NCBI GenBank assembly: GCA_046331565.1
Contig: JAXLQP010000001.1
Location: 1,433,162 to 1,497,161, forward strand
Direction of reading: 5' to 3'
DNA: 64,000 bases
Origin: Blastocatellia bacterium
GTDB lineage: Bacteria; Acidobacteriota; Blastocatellia; RBC074
Part shown: piece by piece, positions 29,866 to 40,910 of the stretch
Layout: each line of letters opens with the position of its first letter
Position numbering within the stretch: the stretch's first letter is position 1
Program-made: the position numbers and the translations under genes
The notes under the pieces: generated by a model
Seen by the model: only the letters and a program-made list of their open reading frames with translations
What the model was told of the DNA's origin: nothing
The model's database searches: none

Positions 29866-30837
29866 ATGGAAATCTTCGGTATCAGGCTGATGGGCATCAG
29901 CGCACAGAATGGAGAGAAGCTGCTCTTTACGCTGATTTTCATTCTGCTCATCCTGCTCATCAGATTTCTGCTGGTCAGCGCAGCGCAGGCCATCGGTCAG
30001 CGGCGGCGTGATGCGCGCCTGTGGTTCTGGATGCAGCAGGCCGTCAGCCTGACGCTGATGGCGCTGCTGGTTTTCGGGCTGCTTTCGATCTGGTTTGACG
30101 ATCCTGAGCGGCTGGCGGTGGTGGCCGGGCTGATGTCTGCCGGGCTGGCCTTTGCCCTGCAACGTGTCGTCACGGCAATTGCAGGTTATTTTGTCATCCT
30201 GCGCAATCGCGTCTTTACGGTCGGCGACCGCATCAAAATGGGCGGCGTGCGCGGTGATGTGATTGCGCTCGGTTTTATTCAGACGACAATTATGGAAATG
30301 GGCCAGCGCCCGCCGATGCAGCCGCAGGATCAGGCCGTGTGGGTCAGAAGCCGCCAGTTTACCGGACGCATTGTCACCATCACGAATGACCGCATCTTTG
30401 CGGAGCCGGTTTATAACTACACGCGCGATTTCCCGTACCTCTGGGAAGAACTGAGCATTGCGATTCCTTACGACTGCGACCGCGACCGCGCCGAACGCAT
30501 TGTGCTGGAAGCCGCCACTCGCCACACGCACGAAATGAGCGAAATGAGCGAAGAAGCAATGCGGGAGTTTGAGCGGAAATACTTTCTGGTGCGGTCTGAT
30601 CTTTACCCGAATATTTATTACCGCCTCACTGAAAACTGGCTGGAACTGACCGTGCGCTTTGTCGTGCGTGAACACGGCACGCGGGCGGTCAAAGATGCCA
30701 TCAGCCGCGATGTGCTGAAGGGCTTCGATCAGGCAGGCATCAGAATTGCACCGAATACTTTTGCCATCGCCAGCCTGCCGCCGCTGCGCCTCGCCGAAAG
30801 CGGGCAGTCCGAATCTGAACCGCACGGCAGGCGGTGA
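29866..30837 (+). CDS. Mechanosensitive ion channel family protein (MscS-like)
   Basis: N-terminal TM helices followed by an MscS beta-domain (VGDRIKMGGVRGDVIALGFIQTTI). Confidence 0.7.
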   Translation: MEIFGIRLMGISAQNGEKLLFTLIFILLILLIRFLLVSAAQAIGQRRRDARLWFWMQQAVSLTLMALLVFGLLSIWFDDPERLAVVAGLMSAGLAFALQRVVTAIAGYFVILRNRVFTVGDRIKMGGVRGDVIALGFIQTTIMEMGQRPPMQPQDQAVWVRSRQFTGRIVTITNDRIFAEPVYNYTRDFPYLWEELSIAIPYDCDRDRAERIVLEAATRHTHEMSEMSEEAMREFERKYFLVRSDLYPNIYYRLTENWLELTVRFVVREHGTRAVKDAISRDVLKGFDQAGIRIAPNTFAIASLPPLRLAESGQSESEPHGRR

Positions 30838-31089
30838 AGCTGCCACACGGAACTGTTGCGTCTCTGACCCGGAGCAGATTTCGATTGTGTGTCCGGGTCG
30901 TAGTCCCGGCTTCGGTCGAATGTTATGATAGCGCCCTGTAGTGAAGGGTTACTTTTGCCGCAGCAAAAACCGGCGAATTTTCCGTGAACCACCCTGTCGT
31001 TCAAGTTCCGGTGCCAGCTTTTCACTGCACCGATCTGTCGCATGATCACTGCATTTTTTCTGCCTCAATCCTGAAAGCATTTACTGCCC

Positions 31090-32469
31090 ATGCCAAAACT
31101 GATTCTGCTGCCTCTGCTTTGTCTGCTCAATCCGGCTTTATTGTTGCCCGCGTCGCCATTGCCGCAGTCATCGTCATCACGACCCGGACGCAAATACACG
31201 ATGACTGAACGGCTGCTGCCTGAACGGTTGCGCGCGGTTCACGAAGCCCGCCGCCGACTGAGCGAACAGCGCAGGGATGTCAGGCTGCAAACCGGACTCA
31301 GGGATTTCAAAGCCATTCTGCACGCGCACGCCGAAGATGCGCAGCACACCGGCGGGACGCGCCCCGAACTGTTGCGGGCGGCAAAGGCAACAGGCATCAG
31401 CGTCGTGATGCTGACCGATCACGTCCGGCCTCATCGTGATTTCATTGATGACAGTTGGCGCGGTTTGCGTGACGGCGTGCTGTTCATTCCCGGCGCTGAA
31501 GCCGAAGGCTTCCTGGTTTACCCGCAGCGTTCGATCAAAGGCCAACAGTGGCAGACACGCGACGATTACATCAGGCTGATTAAGGAAGGGGGCGGCGACA
31601 TTTTTTTATCGCATATCGAAGAGCGCCCCGACTGGCCGACCGAGCAGCTTGATGGAATGGAAATTTACAACCTGCACGCTGATTTCAAGGGCGATCAGTT
31701 CGAGTTTGCCGGATGGTTGCGCAAAACCGTTTCCGATCCTGACCGCCTGGCGGCATTCCAGAAGCTGCTGGCTGAATACCCGCAGGAAATTTTCGGCGCA
31801 TCGCAGGATTATTTAACTGATTACATCGCCAAATGGGATCGTGATTCGCAAACGCACCGCGTCACCGGCGTTGCCGCCAACGACTGTCATCATAACCAGG
31901 TCGTCACGATCAAAGTTGCTGACGCCACGACGCTTGAATTGTGGCTGACCGGCGACAAGGAACCTTCGCTGAAGGTCACAGCGAGCCAGGCGCCGCGCCT
32001 GAATGAACTGACGCGCAATCGCCAGCCCGGTGATGTCATCGCCACGCTCGACCTTGATCCGTATGAACGCAGCCTCAGTTACGTCAGCACGCACATTCTG
32101 ACCAGGCAACTCAGCGAAACATCCGTGCGCCAGGCGCTGCGCCAGGGCCACGCTTACGTCGCGCACGACTGGCTGTGCGATGCAACGGGCTTTGCATTCG
32201 TCGCGGCCATGCCGGGTCAGAAACCTTTTGCAGTGATGGGCGACGAAACCAGATTCAGACCCGGCGCAGTCCTGTCACTCGAAGCTCCGGCTGAAGGCGT
32301 GATCAGATTATTTCGCAACGGCGTGAAGATCGCGGAAACAAAAGGGCGGGCAATGCAGCAGGCAGTCTCCGAACCGGGAATGTATCGCGCCGAAGTCTGG
32401 CTGGAAGTTGATGGCGAACTGCGTCCCTGGATTTATGCCAATCCGATCAGGGTTCTGGCTGCGGAGTAA
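31090..32469 (+). CDS. Secreted hypothetical protein with PHP / metal-dependent phosphoesterase-like N-terminal motifs
   Basis: Signal-peptide-like N-terminus; HAHAED…DH motif series; start uncertain (31090 or 31201). Confidence 0.4.
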   Translation: MPKLILLPLLCLLNPALLLPASPLPQSSSSRPGRKYTMTERLLPERLRAVHEARRRLSEQRRDVRLQTGLRDFKAILHAHAEDAQHTGGTRPELLRAAKATGISVVMLTDHVRPHRDFIDDSWRGLRDGVLFIPGAEAEGFLVYPQRSIKGQQWQTRDDYIRLIKEGGGDIFLSHIEERPDWPTEQLDGMEIYNLHADFKGDQFEFAGWLRKTVSDPDRLAAFQKLLAEYPQEIFGASQDYLTDYIAKWDRDSQTHRVTGVAANDCHHNQVVTIKVADATTLELWLTGDKEPSLKVTASQAPRLNELTRNRQPGDVIATLDLDPYERSLSYVSTHILTRQLSETSVRQALRQGHAYVAHDWLCDATGFAFVAAMPGQKPFAVMGDETRFRPGAVLSLEAPAEGVIRLFRNGVKIAETKGRAMQQAVSEPGMYRAEVWLEVDGELRPWIYANPIRVLAAE

Positions 32470-32476
32470 CAGGAAA

Positions 32477-32560
32477 TTTTCACCGCAAAGAAACAAAGAG
32501 CGCAAAGCAGAAAGATCAAACCGATTCTGCTTTGCGCTCTTTGTTTCTTTGCGGTGAGAA
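32477..32560. terminator. Near-perfect 36-bp-arm palindrome between convergent genes
   Basis: TTTTCACCGCAAAGAAACAAAGAGCGCAAAGCAGAA …12-nt loop… TTCTGCTTTGCGCTCTTTGTTTCTTTGCGGTGAGAA; arm motif related to the 39001-39080 element. Confidence 0.65.
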
Positions 32561-32561
32561 A

Positions 32562-33947
32562 CTATGTCAGTGTCGGCAACTTCCACGGCTCACGATAATC
32601 CTTTGCAACCAGCTTCTGAGCGTCGGCGTCACCGATGACTCTTTCCTTTTCGACATCCCACCGGATCGTGCGCTTCGTGCGATAAGCGATGTTGCCGAGA
32701 TGCAGCGCGATCATCGAATTGTGGCCGATCTCAACGTCGCTGTTCGGACGCTTGCGCGAATCGAGACAATCAAGCCAGTTTTTGACGTGCAACTGATGAT
32801 AATCAGTGCCGCCGCTCGATTGTCGCGGCAGCGAAGCCGCGCCGTTCTTGTATTTCTTCCGGCCCGCTGACCCGTCGGTTTCTGGATAAACTTCCCAGCC
32901 GCCGCGATCAACCACCAGAATGCCGTTATTACCGTGAAAGGCGACGCCGTGATCGCGCATAAACGGCCCCTGCCCGATGGCTGTCGCGTGTTCCCAGATC
33001 ATCGAATAATTGCCGCAGTCCCAGATGGCCTGCTGCGTGTCGGGCGTCTCTTCGTCGTTGTCCGGGAAGCCGAATTTGCCGCCGACTGAAGCGGCTGAGA
33101 GCGGCGCTTTGACCTTCATTGCCCAGTTGGCGATGTCAATCATATGCGCGCCCCAGTCGGTCATCAGCCCGCCGCTGTAGTCGTAAAACCAGCGGAAGTT
33201 GAAATGAAAGCGATTCTCGTTGAAGGGTCGTTTTGGAGCCGGGCCGAGCCAGAAATCATAATCAACTTCGGGCGGCGGATCGCTGTCCGGCTTGTGGCCG
33301 ATGTTGCCCATCCAGTCCTGATAAGCCCAGCAGCGCACCGCGCGGATTTTGCCAAGCTGCCCGCTCTGCACGTATTCAATCGCATCCCTGTAATGCGGCG
33401 CGCTGCGCTGCTGCGTGCCCATCTGCACGACGCGGTTGTAGCGTCGCGCCGCGTCAACCATCGCCCGGCCTTCGGCAATGGTCAGCGACAGCGGCTTCTC
33501 AACATACACATCCTTGCCCGCCATGCAGGAATAAATCATCGTCAGCGCGTGCCAGTGATCGGGCGTGCCGATAATCACCGCGTCAATGTCTTTCAGTTCA
33601 AGCAGCTTTCTGAAATCTCTGGTCACAAGCTGCGGGCTGACTGTGAGGCCATCGCGCTTCTGCATTTTTTTGATCGCCTCAGGAGCCTGGCGATCATCCA
33701 CATCGCACATGGCGACGAGTTCAGTATTGCCGATCCTGAGCGCCGCGCGCAGGTCACTCGTCCCCTGCCCGCCGCAGCCAATCAGCCCCAGCCGCACACG
33801 ACGATTCGCGCCAATGATGCGACTGTATGAACCAGCCGTCCCGGCCTGCGTGATTTTGCCGGTGATGAGGTTCATTCCGGCAGCGGCAGCAGTCAGGCCC
33901 AGTGATTTTCCAAGAAATGAACGACGTGTCTGGCGAAACATGGTCAT
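32562..33947 (-). CDS. Gfo/Idh/MocA family oxidoreductase with TAT signal (paralogue of the 2143-3370 gene)
   Basis: MFRQTRRSFLGKSLGLTAAAAG TAT motif; RLGLIGCGGQG Rossmann motif; shared C-terminal blocks (WDYAGGLMTD / FYDYSGGLMTD). Confidence 0.8.
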   Translation of the reverse strand: MTMFRQTRRSFLGKSLGLTAAAAGMNLITGKITQAGTAGSYSRIIGANRRVRLGLIGCGGQGTSDLRAALRIGNTELVAMCDVDDRQAPEAIKKMQKRDGLTVSPQLVTRDFRKLLELKDIDAVIIGTPDHWHALTMIYSCMAGKDVYVEKPLSLTIAEGRAMVDAARRYNRVVQMGTQQRSAPHYRDAIEYVQSGQLGKIRAVRCWAYQDWMGNIGHKPDSDPPPEVDYDFWLGPAPKRPFNENRFHFNFRWFYDYSGGLMTDWGAHMIDIANWAMKVKAPLSAASVGGKFGFPDNDEETPDTQQAIWDCGNYSMIWEHATAIGQGPFMRDHGVAFHGNNGILVVDRGGWEVYPETDGSAGRKKYKNGAASLPRQSSGGTDYHQLHVKNWLDCLDSRKRPNSDVEIGHNSMIALHLGNIAYRTKRTIRWDVEKERVIGDADAQKLVAKDYREPWKLPTLT

Positions 33948-34039
33948 CCTCCCGTTCAGAACGTTCCAGATAAAGTGATCTGATGGCACCGCTGACAGAC
34001 AATCTGCGGAGTGCGGAATCCTGATGTCAGAAAAGCTGG

Positions 34040-35890
34040 CTACCAGCCAATCGCATAACGCCCGCGCCGCACATCTGCACCGGCCTGAATCACTCTGGTC
34101 TGCGGATCATAAATGATGATGGTCGGAGCGGCGGCATTGGAATAAGCTCCGCCGGTTTCGACCTTGTGGCCGCGAGCTTTCAGTTCGTCAATGGCTGCTG
34201 CGCTGATGCGGTTCTCAAGCTGCAACAGGCCGGGATTGAATTTGTGGTCATCGAATGAACTGACGAAATGTTTCGTCTCAAAGCGGGGCGCTTCGACGGC
34301 TTCCTGCGGGTTCAGGCCAAATTCGATGACGTTGAGCAGCACCTGCAACAAAGCCTGATCCTGATTGTCACCGCCCGGAGTCGAAAGCGCGGCAAAGGGC
34401 TGCCCGTCCTTCAGCACCAGCGTCGGTGAGAGCGTAATGCGCGGGCGTTTGCCGGGCTTCAGTTCGTTCGGATGATCGGGCGTGAGCAGGAAGCTTTGCA
34501 GGCGCGATGACATCAGAATGCCGGTGTCTCCGGCCACGACGGCGGGCAACCACGCGCCGCTGGGCGTGGCCGAAAAGACGTTGCCCTGCGCGTCAATCAC
34601 GTTGACGCAGGTCGTGTCGTGGGCGCGTTCGGCTTCATCAACTTCAGACGGGCCGGTGGCATTAAGCCCGATCATCTGCGCGACTGATTTCATTCTGACC
34701 GGATCGCCGGGACGCTGTTCCAGCGAAGCCGATTTCGGATCAATCAGGCTGCGGCGCATCGCGGCGTAATCCTTCGAGAGCAGTTCTGCGCCCGGCACTT
34801 TGACAAAGCGCGGATCGCCGTAATAACGGTCGCGGTCGGCAAAGGCCAGCTTCAGCGATTCGGTCAGCGTGTGAACATAGTCCGCCGAATTGTGCCCGGC
34901 TTTCTTCAGATCGAAGCCTTCCAGCAGGTTGAGCGTTTCAAGCAGCACCGGCCCCTGCGCCCAGAATCCGGTTTTATAAACTTCATAGCCGCGATAACTG
35001 ACGTGCGTCGGCTGATCAGTTTCAGCGTGAAAGGCGGCCAGGTCGCTGGCGCGCAGCAGCCCGCCCATTTCTGCCATCGCCCTGCCGATGCGTTCGGCAA
35101 CCGGGCCGCGATAGAAATAGTCGCGCACGGCAACGAGCGCGGCGTGACGGCCCTTCGCTTCATTTTTCTTTTCGACAGCGACCAGTTCGCGCAGCGTGCG
35201 GGCGAGGTCTTTCTGCGCGAAGATGTCGCCCACTTTCGGTTCCTGACCGTTGGGCAGAAAGATCGCCTTTGCGGCAGGCCACTGCTCAAAGATGCGGCGC
35301 GTGTTGTGAATGTAACTGACGCGCAATTCGTCAATCGGGAATCCGTCAGCCAGTTCAATCGCCGGTTGCAGCACATCGCTCAGTTTCATGGTGCCGAACT
35401 GATCGAGCGCAACAATCATTGCATCCAGCACGCCCGGCACAGTGGCCGCGAGCGGGCCGGATGAAGGAATCGGGCCGGGCTTTGACGCGCTGCGCCCGGA
35501 TGCGCCTGCGCCTGATTCGCTCGCAGCGCGCTTTTCAAAAAATTCACGCGTGGCAAGCGCGGGGGCGATACCCTGCCCGTTGATCGTGATGACCGGTTTG
35601 CCAGCCAGTTTGATAATGACCGGCACTTCGCCGCCAAACGCGAAGTGTGAAAATTCAATCACCGATCCGGCAAAGGTCGCGGCGACTCCGGCATCAACCG
35701 CGTTGCCGCCCTTGTGCAGCATGCGCAATCCCGCCTCGACAACGAGCGGCTGACCTCCGGCGACAACAGCGCGCGTGCCGCGCACGGTCGGCCTGAAAGT
35801 GTCGGCGCGCGGGGTCTGAGCAAAGGCAGTCATATTCAGTGCAAGAGTGAGCGCCAGGATGAGCGCCCGGCTGAACTGATTCGATTTCAT
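34040..35890 (-). CDS. ggt: Gamma-glutamyltransferase family protein (secreted)
   Basis: Signal peptide; GGT large/small-subunit architecture with nucleophile-region DTTCVNVIDAQGN; 616 aa. Confidence 0.8.
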   Translation of the reverse strand: MKSNQFSRALILALTLALNMTAFAQTPRADTFRPTVRGTRAVVAGGQPLVVEAGLRMLHKGGNAVDAGVAATFAGSVIEFSHFAFGGEVPVIIKLAGKPVITINGQGIAPALATREFFEKRAASESGAGASGRSASKPGPIPSSGPLAATVPGVLDAMIVALDQFGTMKLSDVLQPAIELADGFPIDELRVSYIHNTRRIFEQWPAAKAIFLPNGQEPKVGDIFAQKDLARTLRELVAVEKKNEAKGRHAALVAVRDYFYRGPVAERIGRAMAEMGGLLRASDLAAFHAETDQPTHVSYRGYEVYKTGFWAQGPVLLETLNLLEGFDLKKAGHNSADYVHTLTESLKLAFADRDRYYGDPRFVKVPGAELLSKDYAAMRRSLIDPKSASLEQRPGDPVRMKSVAQMIGLNATGPSEVDEAERAHDTTCVNVIDAQGNVFSATPSGAWLPAVVAGDTGILMSSRLQSFLLTPDHPNELKPGKRPRITLSPTLVLKDGQPFAALSTPGGDNQDQALLQVLLNVIEFGLNPQEAVEAPRFETKHFVSSFDDHKFNPGLLQLENRISAAAIDELKARGHKVETGGAYSNAAAPTIIIYDPQTRVIQAGADVRRGRYAIGW

Positions 35891-35973
35891 TACGGCCTCC
35901 GGGTCTGGACAAGAGTGCTGCTGGTGCGTGAGTAACTTCTATCAGATCAGCCACAGTCCGGCAAGACGGATTG

Positions 35974-36178
35974 GCCGCCTGAACAAGGAACGCAGGCGTC
36001 CCGCCTGCCCTGCTTCAGCTCAGTTTTCAATTGAATATCCTGGAGTGTGGCGCGATTTGCCCAAATCGCGTAACACGCACGGGCACTGATCTGAAATCCG
36101 ATGACTTAAAAGTATCTGTGCCGGAATTCAGGCAGGCGGGACGCCTGCGTTCCTTGTTTGCGTTCCTTGTTCAGGCGG
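35974..36178. repeat. MITE-like inverted-repeat element, family C, copy 2
   Basis: Arms GCCGCCTGAACAAGGAACGCAGGCGTCCCGCCTGCC / reverse complement, with a 12-nt internal duplication (GCGTTCCTTGTT x2); ~120-bp loop. Confidence 0.7.
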
Positions 36179-36270
36179 CTCAAAAGTGTCGGTTGTCCGG
36201 GGCTGCGGCGCTGTGTTAAATTCAGGTTGCTGATATTTGAGATCAATTTTCCGGAGGTACACTGACAGTT

Positions 36271-36528
36271 ATGCCGATTTATGAGTATGTTTGCGAAAAG
36301 TGCGGTCACCATCTTGAGATCATGCAGAAGATGACTGACGAGCCTCTGGCCAGATGCCCGAAATGCGGCAAAAAGGCCCTGGAGAAAATCTTCTCGCAAA
36401 CCAGTTTCCAGCTTAAGGGCGGTGGCTGGTACGTGTCTGATTACGGCAAAAGCGGCGGCGGTAAAAAGGACAGCAGTTCAGAGTCCAAAGAGTCGAAAGA
36501 CAAGAAAGAGCCTGCTGCCGCGGCCTGA
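36271..36528 (+). CDS. FmdB family zinc-ribbon protein
   Basis: MPIYEYVCEKCGHHLE…CPKCG Cys4 ribbon plus Gly/Lys/Ser-rich tail. Confidence 0.8.
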   Translation: MPIYEYVCEKCGHHLEIMQKMTDEPLARCPKCGKKALEKIFSQTSFQLKGGGWYVSDYGKSGGGKKDSSSESKESKDKKEPAAAA

Positions 36529-36604
36529 ATGCCGGTCAGAAGCGGCGGGTGTGCCGCTTGTGAATAAGCTGCGAGCGCCAGCAACAGCGCCCGGCTGACG
36601 TGGG

Positions 36605-37609
36605 ATGAAAGCAATGTGGGTTATGTGCAGTCAGAGTTTTGCGGTTCTTCGAAAGTTCTCAGGTTTGTCCTGCCGTCACGGTCTGCTGTTGCTGGCGCTG
36701 CTGCTCGCTCTGCCTGCCCTGACTTCGGCCCAGTCCGGGCGCAATGTGACTTCCAGCCGTCGCACGACGGTCATTCCGCTCATCGTTCAGCACACCGATG
36801 ATCCATCCAAACCGAAGCCGCTGCTCGGCGGCGAATCGGGCGAAGAGAAAGAAGGGATCATTTCCAGAAATCAGCTCGAATTTTATGACGGCGGCGTGCT
36901 GCAAAAGATTGAATCACTCGCGCCCGACCCGTCCCCGGCCCGCTTCGTCATCCTGATGGACAATTCCTCGACGCTGCAATGCGACCTGAAAAAGCTGGCC
37001 GCCGTCCCTGCCGCCTTTGCGCCGGAAATTTACGAAGGCGACAAGGTCATGGTCATCGGTTATGACACCAAACCCGAAGTCATCACCGATTTCACTGACG
37101 ATCCGAAAGAGTTGCAGAACACGCTCGGCCTGTTGCGCAAGGCCGATTCACCGCGCCTGTTCGATGCGCTCAATGTCGCTATGGAAGATGTGCTGCGTCC
37201 GGCAGTCGGTTTTACAAAACGCATTGTCATCATCGTCGGCGACGGAATGGATCGCGGCAGCCGAATCAAATATGACGACATCCTGGCGACATTGCAGGAT
37301 GAAAATGTCACCGTCTATGCGATTCAGGTTAAGGATCGCTCGCGTGGCGCCATCCGGCGCGACGGGCCGAAACCGGCAGAGGCGCTCGAACAACTGACCA
37401 AAGGAACCGGCGGAAAAATCTTTTCGATTGACAGCGACATCAAACAGGCCGTCAAGGAAATCTGCGACGAAGTGCGCAACAACCGCTATCAGCTCACCTA
37501 CTACCCTGAAGGCATCAGTTCCATCAACAAACGCCTGATTCTGATCAGCGCGTCTGACGAATCGCTCAAATTGCGATTCAAGGGCTGGCATCCGGCGCAC
37601 ACCCGGTAA
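36605..37609 (+). CDS. VWA domain-containing secreted protein (Acidobacterial VWFA-related family, paralogue of 5522-6607)
   Basis: Signal peptide; VILMDNSSTL MIDAS region; same C-terminal block order as the 5522-6607 gene (…TVYAIQV… / …TGGKIFS… / YQLTYYP). Confidence 0.75.
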   Translation: MKAMWVMCSQSFAVLRKFSGLSCRHGLLLLALLLALPALTSAQSGRNVTSSRRTTVIPLIVQHTDDPSKPKPLLGGESGEEKEGIISRNQLEFYDGGVLQKIESLAPDPSPARFVILMDNSSTLQCDLKKLAAVPAAFAPEIYEGDKVMVIGYDTKPEVITDFTDDPKELQNTLGLLRKADSPRLFDALNVAMEDVLRPAVGFTKRIVIIVGDGMDRGSRIKYDDILATLQDENVTVYAIQVKDRSRGAIRRDGPKPAEALEQLTKGTGGKIFSIDSDIKQAVKEICDEVRNNRYQLTYYPEGISSINKRLILISASDESLKLRFKGWHPAHTR

Positions 37610-37934
37610 GCCCGCGAAACGAAAACCGTAAAGCGACAGATCAATGGATTTTCAGTGGCCGGTGTATATCAGGCGGCGGTCGCAATCCCCTGCCTGAAGA
37701 CTGCCGCCTGAGGCCGGGCGCGTTCATCAATGTTACCGAAGTTTTACATTGCACCCGCTTTGACTATGGCACTATCGGGCTGCATCTCTCTGAAGCGGCT
37801 TCAGTCAGGATGGCGCCAGAGCTGAAGTGATGCCCCCCTTTAATTAACTCCTGACCAGAATATTTTGCAGATGGATCCGGGCCGGGCGGCCCGGCTGAAT
37901 CCGGTTTTATGCTTACCCCGAATGAAAGGCAAAA

Positions 37935-38972
37935 ATGACGAAAAACTCTGATCCCCGGTCTCCCCTGAAAGCTGTTTCGTGGCGCGATCTGTGCGCGCCT
38001 TATATGTCGCCCGATGCGCGGCGCAGCGTGTGGCAGATCATCAACAGCATCGGCCCGTTCCTGCTGACGTTTTATCTGATGTACAAAAGCCTGGCCGTGT
38101 CGTACTGGCTGGTGCTGGCGCTGGCAGTTCCGGCGGCGGGTTTTATGACCCGCATCTTTATCATCATGCACGACTGCGGGCACGGTTCATTTTTCAAGTC
38201 GCAGCGCGCCAATCAGGTGGTTGGAACAATCTGCGGCATTCTGGCCAACACGCCGTATTTTCAATGGACGCGCGAACACGCGATTCATCACGCCACCTCA
38301 GGCGATCTTGACCGCCGGGGCGTGGGCGATGTGGACACGCTGACGGTCAGGGAATATCTGGCGCTTTCGTCTTTCGGGCGGCTCAAGTACCGGCTCTATC
38401 GCAATCCGCTGGTCACTTTCGGCATCGGGCCGCATTACATCTTTATGCTCTGCTCGCGCCTTGTCGGCAAACATTCAGGACGGCGTGAACGCAATGGCGT
38501 GTACCTGACCAATGTGGCGCTTTTCAGCATCTGGGGCGCGCTGATTTACACGCTGGGCATCAGGGACTTTCTGCTGATCTGGCTGCCGGTGCAGATTCTC
38601 GCGGGTGTCTGGGGCGTGTGGCTCTTTTACGTGCAGCACCAGTTTGAAGACACTTACTGGCGGCGGCACGATGAATGGGATTACGCGACGGCGGCGCTGA
38701 TGGGCAGTTCGTTTTACAAGCTGCCGCGCCTGGTGCAGTGGTTTTCAGGCAACATCGGTTTTCATCACATTCATCATCTGTGCCAGCGCATCCCGAATTA
38801 CAAACTCGAAGCCTGCCACAACGCCAACCCTGTCTTTCAGCAGGCGCCGACGCTGACTTTCTGGCGCAGTCTGAAATGCGTGAGGCTGAAGCTGTGGGAT
38901 GAAGATCAGCAGCGACTCGTCGGCTTCAGTGATCTGAAGGAAGTGCGCGTGCGAAAGCAGGCGCTGGCCTGA
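37935..38972 (+). CDS. Membrane fatty-acid desaturase
   Basis: Three His boxes HDCGH, HAIHH, HHIHH; four TM segments. Confidence 0.85.
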   Translation: MTKNSDPRSPLKAVSWRDLCAPYMSPDARRSVWQIINSIGPFLLTFYLMYKSLAVSYWLVLALAVPAAGFMTRIFIIMHDCGHGSFFKSQRANQVVGTICGILANTPYFQWTREHAIHHATSGDLDRRGVGDVDTLTVREYLALSSFGRLKYRLYRNPLVTFGIGPHYIFMLCSRLVGKHSGRRERNGVYLTNVALFSIWGALIYTLGIRDFLLIWLPVQILAGVWGVWLFYVQHQFEDTYWRRHDEWDYATAALMGSSFYKLPRLVQWFSGNIGFHHIHHLCQRIPNYKLEACHNANPVFQQAPTLTFWRSLKCVRLKLWDEDQQRLVGFSDLKEVRVRKQALA

Positions 38973-39000
38973 TCGCCTTTCACTGCTTCCGGCCAAACAT

Positions 39001-39080
39001 TTTCACCGCACAGAGACAAAGGACACAAAGGTGAATGAAAGCTTTCATTCACCTTTGTGTCCTTTGTCTCTGTGCGGTGA
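39001..39080. terminator. Perfect ~40-bp-arm palindrome between convergent genes
   Basis: TTCACCGCACAGAGACAAAGGACACAAAGGTGAATGAAAGC / GCTTTCATTCACCTTTGTGTCCTTTGTCTCTGTGCGGTGAA. Confidence 0.65.
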
Positions 39081-39101
39081 ATTATTTTCCGATTTGCAGG
39101 T

Positions 39102-40625
39102 TCAGTATTTCACCCGCACGCGATAAGTCAGCACGGCCTCGCCATCCTTCGGCACCGGCACATTGAAGCGAGCCGCAAAGGCTGCCGTTTTTTCCGCCGG
39201 GAACGATGAATTGATGATCTCCCATTCACCGCCGATTGGTTCATTGACGATGACGTTGACCGCTTCTTCCTTGTGGTTGCGGATGCGAATTTCGTAAGCG
39301 TATTCGAAAGCGCGGCGCGAAATGGCTTTGTAATCGGTCTGCTTGCGTTCAGCCACGACATCGAACACGTCACCGAGTTTGATTCTGACCGCTTCATCCT
39401 TCGGCGTGTGGTCAATGCGGTTTTCACCGATAAACTGATTTGCCCCCGTCTGATCGGCCTTGTAAACGCGCACGACTCCGGCAGGCAGCGGCTGACCGAG
39501 GTTGTTTTCCTTCGAGTTTTTGAACTCAACGTAAACGCCAACCTTTTCCTTGATCGCTTCGCCGGGATTGTTATAGCCCTGGTAATAATACTGCTGGCCG
39601 TTCAGAACAAGTTCCTTTTTGACGTTGAAACCGGCAGCCGAAAGCAGGCTGATCTGTTTGGTCTCGTTGTTTTTCAATGTTGCCGGGCGTTGCAGCGTGT
39701 AGAGGTGATATTCAAAAAACGCCTGCTCCTGAAACTGCGGCGGCGGCGCAGCTTCGGCTCTGGCGGCTCCGGCCATACTTTTCATCATCACGCGCTCATC
39801 CTGCACGCGATTGACATCACCCGCGACGAGTTTCAATTCAGCGTTGCGATACGTTGTGCCGGTGTTGTTGTTGATCGTCACCCAGCCGTTCAGGTCGGCT
39901 TTGGTGTCATTCTGATTGACGACGACAACGTAATCAGCGCGCCAGCCGATGCCGCTGGTCAGATACGACGCTTCGACGGTGTGCGTGTCTGCGCCGGTGT
40001 TGCTGAGTGTCCAGACCAGCGTCGGTTTGGCAATCAGGTCAGAGGGCAACTGATCGAAGCGCGTTTCGACGATGTTGGTGGGATTGATGACGATCTGATT
40101 GCCGATCTGCCAGACCTGGCCGCTGTTGTTGGACAGCAGCGTGGCGCGCGTCGGCGTCAGTTTCTCGCTGTTGTTTTCAAAGGTTCGCAGGACGAGAGTC
40201 ACTTCGCGGCCCACGAATTTATCCAGCAGTTTGGCCGGATTGAGCAGGTCGTATTCGTAATTCTGTTCGATGACGGCGAGCGCGTTCGGCGCGGTGACGG
40301 ATTTGATCGAAACGCTGGTCGGGTTGATCTGCTGCGCCACATCCATAAACCGCAGCGACGAAGTGCCGCGCGGCAGCCTGATGTTGCGCGTGTCCTTCAC
40401 CAGTCCGAGGTTTGAATTGTAGACGGTGATGGCGATGCTTTTCTGATCTTCAATCGTGCTGCTGCCAGTGGGTGACTGCGTGGTTGAAGTCTGTGCTGGT
40501 TCATTCATGGCGGCTCCTTCAGTGTGATCCGAACTGTCCGCAGCAAAGCTGGTTCCCGCCACCATCACCAGCGCCAGAAAGTGTGCGGCGACGGTGCGGC
40601 TGTATTTTTCAATCGTTCTGAGCAT
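39102..40625 (-). CDS. Secreted DUF4139-like protein (mucoidy-inhibitor MuiA-like family)
   Basis: Signal peptide; ~500 aa beta-rich protein; family assignment from memory of DUF4139/DUF4140 architecture, moderately uncertain. Confidence 0.45.
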   Translation of the reverse strand: MLRTIEKYSRTVAAHFLALVMVAGTSFAADSSDHTEGAAMNEPAQTSTTQSPTGSSTIEDQKSIAITVYNSNLGLVKDTRNIRLPRGTSSLRFMDVAQQINPTSVSIKSVTAPNALAVIEQNYEYDLLNPAKLLDKFVGREVTLVLRTFENNSEKLTPTRATLLSNNSGQVWQIGNQIVINPTNIVETRFDQLPSDLIAKPTLVWTLSNTGADTHTVEASYLTSGIGWRADYVVVVNQNDTKADLNGWVTINNNTGTTYRNAELKLVAGDVNRVQDERVMMKSMAGAARAEAAPPPQFQEQAFFEYHLYTLQRPATLKNNETKQISLLSAAGFNVKKELVLNGQQYYYQGYNNPGEAIKEKVGVYVEFKNSKENNLGQPLPAGVVRVYKADQTGANQFIGENRIDHTPKDEAVRIKLGDVFDVVAERKQTDYKAISRRAFEYAYEIRIRNHKEEAVNVIVNEPIGGEWEIINSSFPAEKTAAFAARFNVPVPKDGEAVLTYRVRVKY

Positions 40626-40910
40626 GTTGATCTTCTCCTTCAGGCGCTGACCGGATTCAATTCCTTTCATGTCGGGCCTGACACAATAGTTCCGCAGAAA
40701 CAAGCAGGGGCCTTGTCTGTGCGCTGTCTGAACGGTTACGGTGCGGGGGCTTGCAAAGATTCAGCGTGGCTGAAATCACTATAATGAATGCGCCGCGATT
40801 TGCCAAAATAACGCCCGCGAATCTGATTTGCCCTGCCGCTGGCTTTGCCGCTATATTCACCCGCGCAAGTAACACTTCAGTTTTATCAGACCACGCAATA
40901 CTGCAAAGAT

